Shown here in pieces: positions 45,330-56,802 of a stretch of DNA of 64,000 nt. How positions within the stretch are numbered: position 1 is the stretch's first letter; each line of letters begins with the position of its first letter. The notes beneath the pieces are model-generated. The model was not told the origin of the DNA, searched no databases, and saw only the letters and a list, made by a program, of their open reading frames with translations. Source of the stretch: Vairimorpha necatrix (Eukaryota); contig CP142732.1 of assembly GCA_036630325.1 (NCBI GenBank), positions 1,054,001 to 1,118,000 on the forward strand. The letters run 5' to 3'. A program made the position numbers and the translations under genes.

Positions 45330-46430
45330 TTATTGTATGTTATTGTAAATTGTCTTTATAAGATTCGATCCATTCACTATAACATTCTTCAGTCCATCAT
45401 ATTCCTCTTCTTGTACTACAATTGTATAAGAAATTCTGTCGATTTTACAGTTCAGTCTTTTTTCTACTATATAAGTTCCCAGATCATTTTCCAAATAATC
45501 TGCTTGAATACCAAATAGATTCGCCATATTCCTCAAATCTATAGATTGGTAGCTATCGAGTAATTGTTTATAAATCTTAATTTTCATTTCTTTACAAAAG
45601 AAATCTACGAAATTTTGACAATAGAAATCATCTTTGACAGTCATCAAATATTTGTATAGATTGGGTAAAAATTCGTAATAATTGCACTCATACATTGATT
45701 TAATCAATTGTATACTTTCTACACTGCCAATCTCCAGTACTTCTGGACATTCTAGTAGTAATTTCTTAATATTTGATCTCTCAAAGGTCAGTAACCCGGA
45801 AAAGATCAAATAATTCACGGCATTTTTGAAATCTACGACTTCATTTTTCTCAAAAGAAGGCAGAGATTCACTGAACAAAAAAGCGGCAGAATTGAAGTCT
45901 CCTTTTTTCAGATTATAAATGGCTTTATAAATCTTGAACTTGTTCCTTCTGTCCCAGTCACAGCCCAATTCACAGCAGTCATTTGCCAGATTTACATTTT
46001 CTTCTACTAATTTCTTGTTTTTTATTAACATTCCAATTCTTATTCTGCATAAATAAATGTCCATCTGGAGACTGAAACTTGACTCGTCTTTTAGAATATT
46101 TTTGAATATTTCTAAGGCTTCTTCTGTGTCTAGAAATTGGGCAAATAATTCGGCAATTTGTATATCGAGAGATTTTATATAAGAAATGTTCTCTGGATCC
46201 TTGTCTTTTAATTCGAGTAGGTGGTTGAGTTTTTCTTGTTTAGTGGTTTGTATTGTTTTTAGATCTTGTTTGTTATCTTGGAGGATGTTCTTTGAGATGC
46301 ATGATTGGTAGACTGAGTACATGGAATTATCAAGGAGATGTTTCCTTAAGGCTTCTTTGCCATTTGAATCTGAAGATTTATGGAGCAAATATTGAAGATC
46401 GAGTGTGGGATATTTAAAATTGAAATCCAT
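45330..46430 (-). CDS. RPN7: 26S proteasome regulatory subunit Rpn7
   Basis: GCDWDRRNKFKIY, YKQLLDSYQSI, MANLFGI, RLNCKIDR PCI domain; CCCCTAAAA-ATG. Confidence 0.92.
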   Translation of the reverse strand: MDFNFKYPTLDLQYLLHKSSDSNGKEALRKHLLDNSMYSVYQSCISKNILQDNKQDLKTIQTTKQEKLNHLLELKDKDPENISYIKSLDIQIAELFAQFLDTEEALEIFKNILKDESSFSLQMDIYLCRIRIGMLIKNKKLVEENVNLANDCCELGCDWDRRNKFKIYKAIYNLKKGDFNSAAFLFSESLPSFEKNEVVDFKNAVNYLIFSGLLTFERSNIKKLLLECPEVLEIGSVESIQLIKSMYECNYYEFLPNLYKYLMTVKDDFYCQNFVDFFCKEMKIKIYKQLLDSYQSIDLRNMANLFGIQADYLENDLGTYIVEKRLNCKIDRISYTIVVQEEEYDGLKNVIVNGSNLIKTIYNNIQ

Positions 46431-46837
46431 TTTTAGGGGCAAAAAAAACAAAAAAAAAATATTTTATCATTTAGATTGTAAGATCTATTCAGTTTATTAT
46501 TGCATATTAATTTGATAAGAAACAACACATCTAAAACAGATATCATATAAAAATGAGTGAAATATTAAAAACAAGATGCATTTCTTGCAAATGTAATCTA
46601 TTACTTGAGTCTTCAAATAGAATCTACAAATATCTATCGTAAACAAGTATTATAAAAACTTGCAGATGCTTTATTTTACCAAATTCTACGTATTACAAGA
46701 AATCGCAAACTTCAAATTTAGAAAACATCAGCACATAGAAGCTTCAGACACGAGGTCTTTTCTGTTCTGCGCAATAATCTATAATTATTATGAAAATGTT
46801 ACTTATCTAAGTATTTTTAAAATAAGTTTATTTATTT

Positions 46838-47386
46838 TTAAATTGTAAGGTTCTTTTTAATTGTAAAGTCTTGTACTTCTTTAACATACTTATAGAATTC
46901 ATACACAGAATCCATATTTATACTTTTTATATTACAAAAACCATGGTACCAAATTAATTTGCCAGTTTTGTCATATAAAAACACATCTTCTTTATTTGTA
47001 AAAGACGTACTCGCATATAGCGAATATTCCAAAGGAATGCCGCACTCTATAAGTCCGAGAAACAGGGCATTTATAGAACACCATAAAGTATTAGAACTAG
47101 TACTGTCTACTATCAAATTAATATAGACAGATTTACATATGTCAATATTCAAGATACACTTCTTTAAGACACTCTTGATTAGTGTAGAATAATATTCATC
47201 ATAAGATTTATTATTTATATTTCTAAATTTTATGTCTATAGACAATTTGTCGTATTCTTCTATTTTGGATTGCTCATGTCTATTATTAAAATCTACTGTG
47301 CATAAGACAGAAGTGTCTGCGCATTTGTAGAGGGCACTGCCTTTGGATTTATGAATTATACCAAGAGTGGTCTCTATTTTATTCAT
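46838..47386 (-). CDS. Exosome RNase PH-like subunit (Rrp46-like)
   Basis: GSALYKCADTSVLCTV, CSINALFLGLIECGIPL; CCCC-ATG at 47386. Confidence 0.75.
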   Translation of the reverse strand: MNKIETTLGIIHKSKGSALYKCADTSVLCTVDFNNRHEQSKIEEYDKLSIDIKFRNINNKSYDEYYSTLIKSVLKKCILNIDICKSVYINLIVDSTSSNTLWCSINALFLGLIECGIPLEYSLYASTSFTNKEDVFLYDKTGKLIWYHGFCNIKSINMDSVYEFYKYVKEVQDFTIKKNLTI

Positions 47387-47960
47387 GGGGTAAAACAAAA
47401 CTCAATGTATTTGAAAAAGCGCTATAATGAAATCTGAACTAAAGAGTTCACTAGCTTATTATAGTAAAAAAACAATCTTCTTATAATACAGTAGTGGATC
47501 GAAGATTTAAAATATATTTTTTGAATAGTTATGTACTACAATTATCTTTTAAAAGATACATTTGTATTTATTTTACATTCTTTTTGAATTAATTTTATAT
47601 TTTAATGAATTGATTAAATGTTTTTTTAAGAAATATTAGACAAGATCATCATATAATAAAGATTTTTTGTTTCATAAACCTAGAAAACCCCAATACAACT
47701 TTATTAAACTGTACTCCATAATAACAAATATTAAAAAACTTCAAAAAAATTAATGATAAATGGGACTAGTAAAAAAAAATCAAGAATTTCAAGATTCATA
47801 TGTCAAAACAATTAAACGAAGATATCTTTAGAAATAGACCATTTTTTAAAACTTCAACATATTAAAAATAAGGTGAATTTTAAAATTTTTTGTTTTGTTT
47901 TGTTTTGAGTTCGTACATCTGAAACGCTATTATAAAATAACATAAAAATAAACAAAAACT

Positions 47961-49742
47961 ATGAAGATCATGATTGTACACATATTTATAAACTTAATTA
48001 CAGGTTATTACTTACGATTAATCCCATATTGCGATCAACAGAAAATGACAGGAGCACCTACAGCACGATATTTCAACAGAAATGTACACACATCATTCGA
48101 AGGAAGCCTCGGGTTCACCACAGATTTACGAACATGCATTCCTAGAATGAAGAAACCAGTACAAGCGCCACAAAAAATGATAAAGAGCAAAAAGATTGTA
48201 GGTATCCCAATACAAAAAAATATTATGAAACCTCAAATGCCGAAAAAAAATATAAAACAGAAAATTCAGCCTAAGATAGTGAAACCTGTGCAATATTATG
48301 TACAACCGCAAGTGGTTACGCCCAAATATCAGAAGCCCGCGACTTCTACCAGTAAAGTGTTCACTACCAATCAGCAACTAATCAATGTATTGCCAGTTAG
48401 GTATGTAGAACAGAGTACCAAGACACCTTCTACTAAGCAAAAGAAAAAATCTGCAAAAACACCGACTAATAATGTAGTAGCACTGCCACCATCACCACCG
48501 ATAAACATACCACCAATTCAACCACTATCACAAATTCAACCTATACTGCCCCCACAGATTCTACAACTTCAACCTATTTCGCCAATACAACCTCCACAAA
48601 TTCAACCTATTTCACCAATACGATTTCCGCAAATTCCATCAATGCCACAAAATTGTGTAGATTTACAACAAAACACAGGCAAAGAATCCGCAAATTGTTA
48701 TAGCTCTAGTTCCTCTTCAAATATAAAAGTTAGCGAAAACTATAAAAAAGAAAATTCCTCATTTATTTCATTAAGAAACTTGTGTAATATGAAAATTGTG
48801 CCTTTCTTCATGGAATGTGATCCATACAAACTTCATACGATAAGAATCAACTCATCTTCTTTTCACATTTCTTCGGATTTAATAGGAAATATATTAAAAA
48901 ATAACGGTATAACGGACAAAGAATTAATTAGTAAAAGTACAGGCCTGTCTTTAGAAGAAATAAGAAGAATTAGTATTCTTTTAGATGAAATCACACCACA
49001 GGCTTACAATCTAAAAGATGAAATTATTAACTGTTTCAAAAACAAGGATACTGGCGAATATACTTGCACACATTTAAAATGTCAGAATGGAATATGTAAA
49101 GAATCAAATAATGAACCAGAGCCACAATACAAACAGAACAAGTACAATATTCTGAATATAAATCTACCTATTATTAATGAAGACGAATCTTATGTTAAGA
49201 ACACAATTACAATTGAAACAATCAAAACAAAAGACAAAACATTGATTGAATCAGAAAACAAATATGAAGAAGAACCTAAAGAACAGTACAAAAAACCAAA
49301 ATACCTTCCTTATATGGAATTTGAAGAGGATAAAAACAAAAATACTGTAGAAATAGACGGCGTAGAACCAGAAAATCAACAAACAAATGAAGAAGAAACA
49401 AACGAAGACATTAAAAATGAAGATTCTGCACGCACACTCGTCAACAAGATTTTCTACGCCGACAGGCAGCGCAATAAAATTTTTGATATTTTATCAAATG
49501 AAAATGAAAATATAGGCGGAGATCAATGTGACACTTCAGATCCAAATTATAATTCAAAAGAATGTGTTAAAGTTGTTAGAATGTCTGATTTAATGAGAGG
49601 AAGATATCTTGATCCTTGTCTTGAGATGTTTAAAAATAAAATTAATAAAATAAGTGAAGGGAATTTTGCTTACTGCTCATTAACAGAACCATCAAATTAT
49701 GAAAATGGGGATAGTATGCTTTATCTAAGCGAGTTAATTTAA
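47961..49742 (+). CDS. Putative secreted Pro/Gln-rich protein
   Basis: 593 aa; hydrophobic N-terminus; IQP repeats; acidic region; scattered Cys. Confidence 0.75.
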   Translation: MKIMIVHIFINLITGYYLRLIPYCDQQKMTGAPTARYFNRNVHTSFEGSLGFTTDLRTCIPRMKKPVQAPQKMIKSKKIVGIPIQKNIMKPQMPKKNIKQKIQPKIVKPVQYYVQPQVVTPKYQKPATSTSKVFTTNQQLINVLPVRYVEQSTKTPSTKQKKKSAKTPTNNVVALPPSPPINIPPIQPLSQIQPILPPQILQLQPISPIQPPQIQPISPIRFPQIPSMPQNCVDLQQNTGKESANCYSSSSSSNIKVSENYKKENSSFISLRNLCNMKIVPFFMECDPYKLHTIRINSSSFHISSDLIGNILKNNGITDKELISKSTGLSLEEIRRISILLDEITPQAYNLKDEIINCFKNKDTGEYTCTHLKCQNGICKESNNEPEPQYKQNKYNILNINLPIINEDESYVKNTITIETIKTKDKTLIESENKYEEEPKEQYKKPKYLPYMEFEEDKNKNTVEIDGVEPENQQTNEEETNEDIKNEDSARTLVNKIFYADRQRNKIFDILSNENENIGGDQCDTSDPNYNSKECVKVVRMSDLMRGRYLDPCLEMFKNKINKISEGNFAYCSLTEPSNYENGDSMLYLSELI

Positions 49743-49799
49743 AATAAAAAGTTCAAATTAATTTTTTTTTATAAAAATTTGTTTTTTTGTATTAGACCC

Positions 49800-50840
49800 A
49801 TGTCTGAAAATTTGGATATTGACGAGGTAGAACATCTGAAATTTCTTAAGAATAGATTTGTAATTATAAATAGAATAGGCGAAGGAACATTTAGTAGAGT
49901 GTATAAAGCTATGGACATCAAAAACAATAGATATTACGCTCTAAAAGCCATTACTAAAACAAGTTCGCCCAATAGAATAATAGACGAGCTTGCTTTTTTA
50001 GTCAAATTAAAAGGTCTTAATAATTGTGTACCACTAAATGGTGTTTTAAGGCACGAAGACCAAGTCGTAGGAATATTTCCATATTTTGAATATACAGATT
50101 TTAGAGATATTTTAACCACTGCTACGATTTACGACATTAAGAAATACATGTACAATCTCCTGATAGCCATCGAACATGTTCATTCTTGTAATATAATTCA
50201 TAGAGATATAAAACCAGGAAATTTTTTATATAACCGAGACACCGAGACTGGGTGGCTCATAGATTTCGGACTAGCGCAGTACGAAACAAAACACGACACA
50301 AAAAAGAAAATGGAGAATGAGAAATCTAAAACGAAGCCGCAAATATTTTTTAATACCGTCGTGTCGAAATCTAAGCCACCAGGATATTACGAAAGAGACA
50401 CGAGACCAACAATAAAAGCCCCCAGAGCGGGCACACGTGGATTTCGAGCACCAGAGGTCGTCTTTAAATATCCATACCAAACTAATGCCATTGACATTTG
50501 GTCGGCGGGCGTCATTTTCTTAAATTTGCTGACTGGTCAATATCCATTTTTTTATTCTGGCGAAGACATTGACGCGCTAGTTGAAATGGGCACGATTTTC
50601 GGCCATAAAGAAATGCGAAAAGCAGCCAAACAGTACAATAGAGTGTGGAAATCTAATATTGATACAATTCCTGAGGATAGAGTCCCTTTTGAGAAGATTG
50701 TTGATAGTCTCGGAGTTTTTAATATTCCAGAAAGCGATGCTCACGATCTTCTTTATAGAATGTTAGATCTCAACGTAGAAACACGAATCACGGCCGAAGA
50801 AGCCCTTGAACACAGTTTCTTCGATTCTATAAAATCTTAG
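49800..50840 (+). CDS. CDC7: Cdc7 kinase
   Basis: GEGTFSRVYKA, TSSPNRI, HRDIKPGNFL, APRAGTRGFRAPEV; CCC-ATG at 49800. Confidence 0.93.
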   Translation: MSENLDIDEVEHLKFLKNRFVIINRIGEGTFSRVYKAMDIKNNRYYALKAITKTSSPNRIIDELAFLVKLKGLNNCVPLNGVLRHEDQVVGIFPYFEYTDFRDILTTATIYDIKKYMYNLLIAIEHVHSCNIIHRDIKPGNFLYNRDTETGWLIDFGLAQYETKHDTKKKMENEKSKTKPQIFFNTVVSKSKPPGYYERDTRPTIKAPRAGTRGFRAPEVVFKYPYQTNAIDIWSAGVIFLNLLTGQYPFFYSGEDIDALVEMGTIFGHKEMRKAAKQYNRVWKSNIDTIPEDRVPFEKIVDSLGVFNIPESDAHDLLYRMLDLNVETRITAEEALEHSFFDSIKS

Positions 50841-50942
50841 TATTTTACAATATTAAAAAAATAAAAAAATAACTTTTAAAGTTTTTTTGAGATTTTTTTC
50901 AGTAGATTGTTTTAAATTTTTAATAATTTTTTCTACCCTTAA

Positions 50943-52112
50943 ATGTTAAAAAACAATATTTCCCCAGATCAAAAATTTTTAATTTACAAACAAAAAGAAC
51001 GGGAATATAATTTATTGACAATCAGAGAAGAATATGTAAGAAAAGAGATTGAAATATTAAAAAGAGAAGAAAGACATGCCCGGGAAGAAATCAACAGAGT
51101 CAAAAGTGTGCCTCTTATAATGGGACAATTTTTAGAACCAATAGACAGCAATACTGCGATCGTGGGAAGTACAGCGGGTAGTAATTCTGTAGTGAAAATA
51201 TTGAGCACCGTAGACAGAGAACTTTTAAAACCAAATACGACTGTGGCTTTACACAGACACTCCAATGCAATTGTTGATGTTTTGCCTCCTGAGGCTGACA
51301 GTTCAATTCCAGTGATGGCAGACAGCGAGAAGCCTGACGTGACTTATTCAGACGTAGGAGGACTTGATGTGCAGAAACAGGAAATTAGAGAGACAGTCGA
51401 ACTGCCTCTTTTGCATCATGATTTGTATAAACAAATAGGGATTGAACCACCAAGAGGCGTACTTTTGTATGGCCCACCTGGCACAGGAAAAACAATGTTG
51501 GTCAAGGCCGTGGCTAACCACACCAAGGCGACTTTCATTTCTATAAATGGATCAGAATTTGTCCAAAAATATCTTGGAGAAGGTCCCAGAATGGTAAGAG
51601 ATGTGTTCAGATTGGCAAGAGAACATGAGCCAAGTATTATGTTTATCGACGAGGCTGATTCCATAGCCACGAAGAGATTTGATGCTTCTACCTCTGCTGA
51701 TCGCGAAGTCCAGCGAGTTCTTCTTGAATTACTAAATCAAATGGACGGATTTGATCAAAATTGTAATGTGCGTGTAATTATGGCCACGAACAGGGCCGAC
51801 ACAATCGACCCCGCATTATTGAGACCGGGAAGATTGGACAGGAAAATTGAATTTCCTCTTCCAGATCGAAGACAAAAAAGACTTGTGTTTTCTACTATCA
51901 CTAGTAAAATGAGCTTATCTAACGATGTAGATATAGAAGCCTTGGTCAATAGACCAGATAGAATAAGCTGCGCTGATATAAATTCTATTTGTCAAGAAGC
52001 TGGTACTCTCGCAGTGAGATCAAGTAGATATGTAGTAAATCATAAAGACTTTGAAGAAGCTTACACGAAGGTAGTCGAAAAAAATGATGCTCAACCAGAT
52101 TTTTATTATTAA
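50943..52112 (+). CDS. RPT3: 26S proteasome AAA ATPase Rpt3
   Basis: [57 protein letters not shown]. Confidence 0.96.
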   Translation: MLKNNISPDQKFLIYKQKEREYNLLTIREEYVRKEIEILKREERHAREEINRVKSVPLIMGQFLEPIDSNTAIVGSTAGSNSVVKILSTVDRELLKPNTTVALHRHSNAIVDVLPPEADSSIPVMADSEKPDVTYSDVGGLDVQKQEIRETVELPLLHHDLYKQIGIEPPRGVLLYGPPGTGKTMLVKAVANHTKATFISINGSEFVQKYLGEGPRMVRDVFRLAREHEPSIMFIDEADSIATKRFDASTSADREVQRVLLELLNQMDGFDQNCNVRVIMATNRADTIDPALLRPGRLDRKIEFPLPDRRQKRLVFSTITSKMSLSNDVDIEALVNRPDRISCADINSICQEAGTLAVRSSRYVVNHKDFEEAYTKVVEKNDAQPDFYY

Positions 52113-52275
52113 AAAAATCTATAAAATTTTTTAATGTTAGTATTCATTGTCAAGGCTAAATGCAGCTTTGTGTTTTATTTATTTTAATACAAAATTTAAG
52201 CACCTTTATTAACAAAACACTCATATTTTTATTACAAAATTATTTTTTATTACAAATTTATTTTTTAATACAAAT

Positions 52276-52902
52276 TTATTTTTTATTTTTTAGGCTTTGA
52301 ATCTTTTTTAATCTGAAAAAATCTTCTCTGTCTTGTTCATCTAACTCAGAATTAATATAATTAATAGTATTTTGCAACCTAGGGATGACATTGTACTCAA
52401 GAGCGTTGACTCGTCTATTTGTTGACAATAAAACTTGTTCTAGAAGTTTAAAATTCGCAGTAAGCGCAGAAAGCTCTACTAATAATTCTAAAACATTTAT
52501 AAAATTATTTCTACATTCATTTAAAAGTTGTCCACTTCTGTCTAACCACACAATATTAGTTAAATTAGATTTATCAAGTGTAAAAGTAGTCAAAGTAATT
52601 CCAGAAATAACTTCTACTTCTGTTTTAACATTGACATGCTGTTTCTGACACTCTTGTATGTACATTTGTACATTTGCGCCGAGAAATTCGGCCTCAGAAA
52701 GCTTGAAAAATGCATCTCTGAGCATTTTATTTATATCTTTCTTTTTTTCATTATATTCTTTTTCTATTGCTTTAAATTTTTGTTTAAGTGAATCACTCTT
52801 CCTTTTAAGAAGAACTTTGCCTTTCTCTGCGCTTTTTTCTTTGTTATCTATAATTTTTAGATTCATTCGTGTAGGAAAAGTTGGTATTCTTTGATCAGCC
52901 AT
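52276..52902 (-). CDS. VMA8: V-type ATPase subunit D
   Basis: FPTRMNL, LLKRKSDSL, TNRRVNALEYNVIPR, ELDEQDREDFFRLKKI. Confidence 0.95.
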   Translation of the reverse strand: MADQRIPTFPTRMNLKIIDNKEKSAEKGKVLLKRKSDSLKQKFKAIEKEYNEKKKDINKMLRDAFFKLSEAEFLGANVQMYIQECQKQHVNVKTEVEVISGITLTTFTLDKSNLTNIVWLDRSGQLLNECRNNFINVLELLVELSALTANFKLLEQVLLSTNRRVNALEYNVIPRLQNTINYINSELDEQDREDFFRLKKIQSLKNKK

Positions 52903-52938
52903 TAGGGCAACAACAAAAAAAAAATTATCAAAAAACCC

Positions 52939-53310
52939 ATGAAAAAATTTAAATGTGAAATTTGCAATAAGAAATTGCATATAAACACATACAGAGCGAG
53001 AAAAATGCATATTAATGGTTATAAACACAAATTATTAAAAGAAACGCGAGTTATGGAACTAAATGAAGATGAAAAAATTAAATATGAACTGGAGAGGAAT
53101 AAAAGATTATTTGGAGAAAAATATGATTTATTTTTTGGTAAACAAAATTTTGGATTTCGACTTCCTCCGTACAATTTTAAACAAGATTTTACAATTCCAC
53201 CTTGTCCAAAAAATTTTAAACTTCCTCGATATTTTGATTTTACGAATTCGGATAATTTTAAGCCAGACATTAATGAAAATTTACAAGATATTCTAAAAAA
53301 ATTAACATAA
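52939..53310 (+). CDS. U1 snRNP C-like (U1/matrin-type zinc finger) protein
   Basis: MKKFKCEIC...RKMHINGYKH matches U1-C MPKFYCDYC...RKTHCSGRKH; Pro-containing tail; CCC-ATG. Confidence 0.7.
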   Translation: MKKFKCEICNKKLHINTYRARKMHINGYKHKLLKETRVMELNEDEKIKYELERNKRLFGEKYDLFFGKQNFGFRLPPYNFKQDFTIPPCPKNFKLPRYFDFTNSDNFKPDINENLQDILKKLT

Positions 53311-53369
53311 CAATAGTGGAAATTTTTTTTTTGAAATATTAAATTTTTTTTTTTAACCGTTAAAATAAA

Positions 53370-55820
53370 ATGTCTAAAAATATTGATGATAGAATTTTTT
53401 CATTAGTAAAATATAGTAATTATGTAAATCACAGATGTTTTTTTGTTTTAATAGGTGAACATACTAAAGTTCATATTCCTGCGATTTACAATATTTTATC
53501 TTCTAATTCTACAAGATCTGTTGAATCAATAATTTGGTGTCATAAAAATAAAAATATTGTAAAAGAAGTTAAAACAGCTCAGAACAGCGAAGAAGATCAA
53601 AGCAAGCTCAATGAATTTTTTAAGGCTCAAGATATTCAATTTGTAAGTTATAATGAAAGTGAAAAAATTTTAGGACAAACTGTCGATATGTTAATTTTGC
53701 AAGATTTTGAATCTTTGACACCAAATCTCATTGCTCTAAGCGTAGAAACAGTGCGAGGTGGTGGTATAATAGTTTTACTACTTGATAATGTGAATTCTAT
53801 TGAGTCTATGATAAAACGCAAGTCTGATTTTTTATTAGATGATGATTTTGTGCCTAGGTATAATAAAAGACTTTTTAGATCGTTAATTGATATGAAATTT
53901 ACATTATTTCTTGATGACGCCTTTAAAGTCTTACCTATTTCAAAATTTAATTTAGACGCGTCAAACTTGAAATCTATAAAAAATAAAGAAATTAAATCAG
54001 AATCGGAAATATTAGACTCTGATAAATGTCTAATTAATCTTGCTAAAACAAAAGATCAAAATTTAATAGTCAAGGAATTAATTAAAGCTGTCAAAGATCG
54101 AACAGAACGCTCAATCTATTCTATACAAGCAGGACGTGGAAGAGGAAAATCTGTTGCTTTAGGAATCGCGATCTCTAAAGCTATAGATCTAAAATTTTCA
54201 TCTATTTATATTTCAGCGCCCGCTTTAGAAAATATAAAAATGGTTTTTGAGTTTATCATACACGGATTAGAATCTTTAGGTTACGAAAAATATAAAGATT
54301 TCAAAATTATTTATTCATTTAAGTCTAAAAAACGGTTAGTTCAACGTATAGAAATTTTAAAAAATATAAAGCAAACAATAGAATATCATTCGCCATTTGA
54401 AGAACTTAAATATCATCCTGATATGTTAATAGTAGACGAAGCAGCTGCAATACCACTGCCTTTACTAAAAAAATTATTATTTCCAAATTTGATAATTATG
54501 GCCACTACAAATAGCGGGTACGAAGGGACAGGCAGAGCTTTTTCTAGTAAAATGGCGGAATATTTACGCGTCCAAGCGAATGAAGAAAATCATTTTGCGT
54601 ATAAAGAATTATTTATGAACGCAAGTATTCGTTACGGCGAAAATGATCCAGTGGAAAAATGGCTAAATAAGACACTCTTACTTAATACAGAAGTCAGTAA
54701 AATCAGTAAATGTCCCATACCATCAAGTTGTGAGCTTTATTATATCGATAAAAATGTGCTTTTTAGTGGCAATTCCCATAGCGAATCTATTTTAAATGAT
54801 GTTTTTAGTCTGTTTATTGCATCTCACTATAAAAATAGTCCTGATGACATACAAATATTGGCAGATTCTCCTAACCACGAAATTTTTACATTAATCACGT
54901 CAAACGAGGACGACGCAGCTCTGCCTCGTGTTTTGTGCGCGATTCACATCGCGTTCGAGGGAAGATGCGAGCGCGGAAGTAATAAAAAAGGCAATTTAAT
55001 TCCTTGGATCGTATCAGAAACCAATTTTGATTCGGATTTTATTGAATATCTTGGAATTAGAATCATCAGAATAGCAGTTCATCCTGATTATATGTCTATG
55101 GGCTATGGATCTTATGCATTGGAACTATTAATGAAATGGTTTAAAACTAATCAACATTCTTCATTGACAAGATTGAGAATACCAACTAATGATAATGAAA
55201 ACAATGTCATGTTTTATGATTCAAATGAAATTTTAATACCTAAAATATCCTGGATAGGTACTTCTTTTGGTGTAACAGAAAGACTTCTAAACTTTTGGAA
55301 AAAACACGAATTGATTCCGATTTGTATAAAACAAAAAGTAAGTTTTATTACAGGAGAGAACTCAATAATTCTAATGAAATCTTTAGATGAACGCTTAAAT
55401 GATAAACTAAAAAAATATTATAAAAATTTTAAAATGAGATTTACTGGTCAAATGGCTTATAACTTTAGAAATTTAAGTGCTGCAATTTGCATTGTTTTGT
55501 TATTTAATAAGGTATCAACAGGTATAGAAGACAAAATTATTTTTTCTGAAGAAAGTTGTGACAGAATAGAAAGATATTGTAAAGGCACTATTGATATTTT
55601 AGATATTATTGATTTACTGCCACTTATTGCTAGAATATATTTTTCTGACCAAACAAACACATGTCTAAGTTTTTTACAACAAAGTGTTTTGTTACAGATT
55701 GGTTGTCAACAAAAGTCTCTTGATGACGTTGGAAAAATACATAGTCTAAAAGTTTATGAAGTTAATACAATATTAATGAAGATTATGAATTTGCTAAAGA
55801 ATGATATAATAAAGAAATAA
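53370..55820 (+). CDS. KRE33: RNA cytidine acetyltransferase Kre33/NAT10
   Basis: LQDFESLTPN, ETVRGGG, AGRGRGKS, DEAAAIPLP, GYEGTGR, ASHYKNSPDD, RIAVHPDYMSMGYG. Confidence 0.96.
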   Translation: MSKNIDDRIFSLVKYSNYVNHRCFFVLIGEHTKVHIPAIYNILSSNSTRSVESIIWCHKNKNIVKEVKTAQNSEEDQSKLNEFFKAQDIQFVSYNESEKILGQTVDMLILQDFESLTPNLIALSVETVRGGGIIVLLLDNVNSIESMIKRKSDFLLDDDFVPRYNKRLFRSLIDMKFTLFLDDAFKVLPISKFNLDASNLKSIKNKEIKSESEILDSDKCLINLAKTKDQNLIVKELIKAVKDRTERSIYSIQAGRGRGKSVALGIAISKAIDLKFSSIYISAPALENIKMVFEFIIHGLESLGYEKYKDFKIIYSFKSKKRLVQRIEILKNIKQTIEYHSPFEELKYHPDMLIVDEAAAIPLPLLKKLLFPNLIIMATTNSGYEGTGRAFSSKMAEYLRVQANEENHFAYKELFMNASIRYGENDPVEKWLNKTLLLNTEVSKISKCPIPSSCELYYIDKNVLFSGNSHSESILNDVFSLFIASHYKNSPDDIQILADSPNHEIFTLITSNEDDAALPRVLCAIHIAFEGRCERGSNKKGNLIPWIVSETNFDSDFIEYLGIRIIRIAVHPDYMSMGYGSYALELLMKWFKTNQHSSLTRLRIPTNDNENNVMFYDSNEILIPKISWIGTSFGVTERLLNFWKKHELIPICIKQKVSFITGENSIILMKSLDERLNDKLKKYYKNFKMRFTGQMAYNFRNLSAAICIVLLFNKVSTGIEDKIIFSEESCDRIERYCKGTIDILDIIDLLPLIARIYFSDQTNTCLSFLQQSVLLQIGCQQKSLDDVGKIHSLKVYEVNTILMKIMNLLKNDIIKK

Positions 55821-55989
55821 TTCTTATGATTTGTTTGTTTGTTTACAATACATTTAGACTTTCTAGTAAATCTAGTAAAATATTTTATTATATTGAAATT
55901 AGAGTTTTTCTTAAATTTTTTTTATAAAGTTTGTTTGTTTTTAATTAAATTAGTTTTTTCATATATAAATGAAAAAACGCACAACCCCC

Positions 55990-56802
55990 ATGTTATGTTT
56001 TTCTCAACTTTTAGTCTTTGGAATGATTTCTGTTGCTTCTTGCTCAAGTTTAATGGAATTGGTTCAACAAGCCGCACATTCAGATTCGTATAACAAAATA
56101 TGTGTAGACCCAAAAAATTGTTCTCGAGAATGCGATATTAAGATACCAACCTTTTGCATAGCATTTACTGACGTATACTCATGTATTGCTAAGGCCTGGT
56201 GCAGACCAAAATGTGCTATTAAATGCAAAGTATTACCATTTGTTGATGTCCATAGAAGACATTCAGTGCCTTGCTATGTAAAGAAAACACTTTGTTACAT
56301 AGAAGACAGAGTAGGTAAAAAGGCATTCTGTTGTATAAAAAATGATGCAATAAAAATTCTCGAATGTATTGAAAGAAATTTAAGAGGAGGTAGAAGGGAA
56401 TATGCTCTATTTACTGCTACCATTTTACATAATACTTCATTTTTAAAGGTATTTGAAGCGAAAGGAGATTGCTGTACTGACAAATACAAATCCAGAGGAT
56501 TATTGATGATTACATATGAAAAAAATTATAAGCTGTTAGAGAAAATATCATGTGAAAAAATATCTTACTCGAAAAGGCCAGAGCTTCTTGCTTTGCCATT
56601 AGAAATAAATATTGTTAATACAATTTTGTTCTGGGAGAGACTTATGAACGATAAACCAAAAAACTTTGAGACAATGATGGATGTTTTGAAACCAGTAAGT
56701 TGGTTAGAGTATGTGAAAAATGACAAACAATGCCCACCTGCTCTAGATATAGTTGAAAGAAGACGAATTTACAATGAATTGCTTGTAATATATGAAAATT
56801 AA
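55990..56802 (+). CDS. Secreted GH19 chitinase-like protein with a Cys-rich N-terminus
   Basis: Signal peptide; ALFTATILHNT, YKSRGLLMITYEKNY, PELLA, ILFW; CCCCC-ATG at 55990. Confidence 0.75.
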   Translation: MLCFSQLLVFGMISVASCSSLMELVQQAAHSDSYNKICVDPKNCSRECDIKIPTFCIAFTDVYSCIAKAWCRPKCAIKCKVLPFVDVHRRHSVPCYVKKTLCYIEDRVGKKAFCCIKNDAIKILECIERNLRGGRREYALFTATILHNTSFLKVFEAKGDCCTDKYKSRGLLMITYEKNYKLLEKISCEKISYSKRPELLALPLEINIVNTILFWERLMNDKPKNFETMMDVLKPVSWLEYVKNDKQCPPALDIVERRRIYNELLVIYEN

